Below are positions 60,732-64,000 of a stretch of DNA of 64,000 nt, one piece after another. Position 1 is the first letter of the stretch; the number at the start of each line of letters is the position of its first letter. The notes under the pieces are model-generated. The model was not told where the DNA came from. It did no database searches and was given only the letters and a program-made list of their open reading frames with translations. A program made the translations under genes and the position numbers. The DNA lies in the NCBI GenBank assembly GCA_963668355.1, contig OY764265.1, positions 2,816,001-2,880,000 on the forward strand, read 5' to 3'. The DNA comes from Bdellovibrionota bacterium. Its GTDB lineage: Bacteria > Bdellovibrionota_G > JALEGL01 > DATDPG01.

Positions 60732-61616
60732 TTAATCCCGAAGCTTCGGATCCAATGCATCCCGAAGACCATCACCCAAAAAATTTAGTGCCAATAGAAG
60801 CGAGGCCATGGCCAACCCGGGGAACAAAAGCTCCCACCAATAAACAATCATATGATGGGCTCCATCATTGATTAGAGCCCCCAAACTTGGCCGAGGAGCT
60901 TGAACGCCAAGCCCTAAAAACGAGAGAAAGGCCTCTTGCAAAATCATTGAAGGGATGGTCAACGTAAAGTAAATCACAACCACGCCCAACGTATTGGGAA
61001 TCAAATGCCTAAATATAATTTGCCGATGACTCGCGCCCAGACTTCGAGCCGCCAAGATAAATTCTTTTTCTTTCAGACTCAAAACTTGTCCCCGGACAAT
61101 TCTTGCAGTCATAAGCCACCCCACAGCGCCCAGGGCCAAGAAAAGAAGAAACAAATTTTTTCCAAAGATGGTTACCAGTACGATGACCAAAAACATGTAG
61201 GGAAGCGTGTACAAAACATCCACGATTCGCATCATCAGGCCATCCACACGTCCACCGAGATAGGCTGAAATGGCCCCATAGACGGTTCCGATCAGAGCTG
61301 AAACCAATGCAGCCATGATCCCAACCGCCAAACTTATCTGGGCACCAAACAAGGTTCGTGTGAGCAAGTCGCGGCCATAATAATCCGTACCAAACCAATG
61401 ACTGAATGTGGGCGGACGCGGGCCATAGGCGAGATTCTGTGTCTCATAGTCATAGCCCCATCCCCAGTGGAGAAGAAGGGGGCCAAAGAGTGAAAGCGCC
61501 ACGGAAAAAAGAACAAAGGCCGCAGAGGCCATGGCGATTCGATTTTTTTTCAATTTTTCCCAAGATTCTCCCCAAAGAGAGCTTCCATGAAATTCTTTAG
61601 CTCCTTTTGCGGTCAT
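60732..61616 (-). CDS. oppC: Oligopeptide ABC transporter permease
   Basis: HWFGTDYYGRDLL, EFILAARSLGAS, NFLGDGLRDALDPK. Confidence 0.93.
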   Translation of the reverse strand: MTAKGAKEFHGSSLWGESWEKLKKNRIAMASAAFVLFSVALSLFGPLLLHWGWGYDYETQNLAYGPRPPTFSHWFGTDYYGRDLLTRTLFGAQISLAVGIMAALVSALIGTVYGAISAYLGGRVDGLMMRIVDVLYTLPYMFLVIVLVTIFGKNLFLLFLALGAVGWLMTARIVRGQVLSLKEKEFILAARSLGASHRQIIFRHLIPNTLGVVVIYFTLTIPSMILQEAFLSFLGLGVQAPRPSLGALINDGAHHMIVYWWELLFPGLAMASLLLALNFLGDGLRDALDPKLRD

Positions 61617-62533
61617 GCCTCGTAGTTAACCCTTGGGTCCAAAATGGTGTAGAGGACATCCACAACAAAGTTCATGAACAATAGAAAAACCGAATACAGA
61701 AGGATTACGCCCATCACCAAAAAATAGTCTCGGTTAAAGGCTGCATCGACAAAGTAAGGACCGATCCCTGGCGTATCGAAGATTTTTTCCACGACAACAC
61801 TTCCAACCATGAGATGAGCCGTAGCGGGCCCCAAAAATGTAATTACGGGAATCAATCCCCCACGAAGAATGTGCCGAAAGATGATGGTTCTTTTTTTCAA
61901 CCCCTTGGCTTTGGCCGTGAGAACATACTCCGAGTGAAGAACTTCAAGGACTCCAGCTCGAGTGAGTCTTGCAATATAAGCTCCATAGACCGTTCCTAGC
62001 GTGAATGAAGGCAACACCACATGCTCCCACCCTCCCCATCCTGCAGGAGGCAACCAACCCAATTGAAGCGAAAACACTAAGATTAACAAGGGACCCAGAA
62101 CAAATGTCGGAACACTCAGTCCAACCATGGAAACCCCCATGGCCAAATGATCAGGCCATCGATTCTGTTTCAATGCGGCAAACAAGCCCGTCCCGATTCC
62201 AAAAACCAATGCCCAGATTAAGGAGACCAGTCCCAACAAAAACGTCGAAGGAAATCCATCCGCAATGATCGACCGAACAGAGCGCTCTGGATATTTGGTT
62301 GATAGACCGAGATCCCCATGCAAGAGACCCTCTAAATATTTCCAAAGCTGTGTCCCCATGGTCTCGTTGAAACCATACCGAGCTTCGAGAGCTGACTGAA
62401 TTTCAGGAGACAACGCCCGTTCACTCAAAAACGGAGAACCAGGGGCCCATCGAATCACCCAAAAGGAAAGAATGACAATGATGAGCAACGTGGGAATTAA
62501 CCCCAAGAATCGTTTCAAAATAAATCGACTCAT
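61613..62533 (-). CDS. oppB: Oligopeptide ABC transporter permease
   Basis: APGSPF, YVLTAKAKGL, VEKIF..PGIG, NRDY, DVLYTILDPRV. Confidence 0.93.
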   Translation of the reverse strand: MSRFILKRFLGLIPTLLIIVILSFWVIRWAPGSPFLSERALSPEIQSALEARYGFNETMGTQLWKYLEGLLHGDLGLSTKYPERSVRSIIADGFPSTFLLGLVSLIWALVFGIGTGLFAALKQNRWPDHLAMGVSMVGLSVPTFVLGPLLILVFSLQLGWLPPAGWGGWEHVVLPSFTLGTVYGAYIARLTRAGVLEVLHSEYVLTAKAKGLKKRTIIFRHILRGGLIPVITFLGPATAHLMVGSVVVEKIFDTPGIGPYFVDAAFNRDYFLVMGVILLYSVFLLFMNFVVDVLYTILDPRVNYEA

Positions 62534-64000
62534 GACTTCCCCTTGTCCGGCTCAATGTAGATGTATTTCCAGGGATGACGATCCAAGTGGTTGGGCCAAA
62601 AACCCTTAACATAGGGTTTTTTCAAGAAGTTCCGTGAATACACATACAAAGAAATGGCCGGAAGCTCTTGAGATAAAATGCTTTCAGCCTTCCTTAAGAT
62701 CTGGAGTCGCTTTTCCCTTTGCAAAATTCCGTTGGCTTGTTTCAAGAGTGAATCATATTCGGCATTTTTCCAACCGGAACGATTGTTGGGACTGTTACTC
62801 AAAAAGATTTCAAGAAAGGTATAGGGATCTGGATAATCTCCGAACCATCCCATTCGGCCAATCTCAAAGTCCTTCTGCCTCATATTCTTCAGAAAGACTT
62901 TCCATTCTTGATTCTCTAGGTTGACCGTCACACCCAAGTTCTGTTTCCACATCTGAACCAAGGCTTGGGCAAGGGTTTTATTCCCCTCATTCGTATTGTA
63001 AGTGAGCGTGATTTCCGGGAAGCCTTCTCCTTTGGGATATCCCGCTTTTTTGAGAAGACGCTGGGCTTTTTCCACATCAAAAATGGGGGAGTTCGGGCCA
63101 CGATAACTAACCAAGCCATCCGGGACAAAATCTGCCGTAGGAATTTGATTGGAACGCGTCACAAAACGTACGATCTTTTCCCGATCAATCGCCAAATTCA
63201 AGGCCTGACGCACCCATTTATTATCCAAAGGTTTCTGCTTCACATTGATCCAATAGAAATAGACCGCCAAAAAAGGATAACGAAAAAAATCTTCATATTT
63301 ATGAAGCTGCCCGATCACTTCCAAAGGCAAACTTCCATTCCTCCCAGTCCAATCCATCTCGCCGGTTGCATACAAATTTAGGGATGTATTTGGATGTTCA
63401 ACTTCAAGCACTTTCACACGATTTAAGCGCACCGTCTTAGCGTCCCAATATCGAGGATTCTTTTCAAACCATAGATGTCTTCGAAATTTCCATTCCTTTA
63501 AAACAAAGGCCCCATTGGAGACAATGTGTTCGGGGCGAGTCCAGAGTTCCTCAGAAATGCCATGCTTCTTCAATCTCTCCAAAAGATGTCTTGGAATCGG
63601 CATGAAGGTTTGAAGGGAAAGAAGGTCGAGAAAAAAAGGTACGGGTTTTTCCAAATTGACTTCTAAGGTGTGATCATCCAGCGCTCGAACGCCTTGAAAG
63701 GCCTTTGAAGAAAGAGCGCCTCGAAACAAGGCCTCCCCCCCCTTAAGAAAAAAGAAGAGCGTCACATAAGGGTTCGCCGTTTCTTTTTTGAGGGCACGTT
63801 TCCAGGACCAAACAAAGTCCTGTGCCGTTAGAGGGGTTCCATCTGACCAGAAACTTTTCCGCAGATGAAAGACATATTGCTTCCCTTCTTGAGAGACTTC
63901 CCAACGTGTCGCAATTCCCGGAATGGGCAGGAGCGTTTTCGGGTCCACTTGGACCAACCCCTCAAACATGTTCAAAATTAGTTCGGCTCCGGTTGTTCCT
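62530..64000 (-). CDS. oppA: Oligopeptide ABC transporter substrate-binding protein (N-terminus beyond the window)
   Basis: FEGL, WSDGTPLTAQDFVWSWKR, VSNGAF, VRQALNLAIDRE, GWFGDYPDP; the frame is open to the window end. Confidence 0.92.
   Translation of the reverse strand, partial: GTTGAELILNMFEGLVQVDPKTLLPIPGIATRWEVSQEGKQYVFHLRKSFWSDGTPLTAQDFVWSWKRALKKETANPYVTLFFFLKGGEALFRGALSSKAFQGVRALDDHTLEVNLEKPVPFFLDLLSLQTFMPIPRHLLERLKKHGISEELWTRPEHIVSNGAFVLKEWKFRRHLWFEKNPRYWDAKTVRLNRVKVLEVEHPNTSLNLYATGEMDWTGRNGSLPLEVIGQLHKYEDFFRYPFLAVYFYWINVKQKPLDNKWVRQALNLAIDREKIVRFVTRSNQIPTADFVPDGLVSYRGPNSPIFDVEKAQRLLKKAGYPKGEGFPEITLTYNTNEGNKTLAQALVQMWKQNLGVTVNLENQEWKVFLKNMRQKDFEIGRMGWFGDYPDPYTFLEIFLSNSPNNRSGWKNAEYDSLLKQANGILQREKRLQILRKAESILSQELPAISLYVYSRNFLKKPYVKGFWPNHLDRHPWKYIYIEPDKGKS

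Overview
This is a gene-dense, mostly housekeeping window. Gene order and content suggest a deltaproteobacterial/Bdellovibrionota-like bacterium (inferred, not verified). It holds the thrS-infC-rpmI-rplT-pheS-pheT cluster followed by merR-iscS-Rieske ferredoxin, tRNA-Val(GAC), prfB-class I lysyl-tRNA synthetase-lolE-lolD-bamA-skp, PBP1A, pcrA, secA, recN, gpsA, a CIRCE-fmdB-groES-groEL operon, a TamB/Omp85 pair, lemA-htpX-like-tolC-RND and an opp ABC operon. I saw no prophage, transposase, integrase or CRISPR array. The main findings are: (1) a circularly permuted PafA-type alkaline-phosphatase-superfamily lipoprotein (9916-11487); (2) a partial tandem duplicate of tRNA-Val whose T-loop is interrupted by a 126-bp hairpin-rich insert, part of a small repeat family rich in GCGNAGC mini-hairpins that recurs between prfB and lysS; (3) a class I LysRS sitting in the usual class II lysS slot; (4) a 995-aa orphan membrane protein with degenerate J-domains behind a sigma54-type promoter; (5) apparent loss of the usual prfB and infC translational autoregulation signals. 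All family calls come from recognising motifs by eye; no searches were run.
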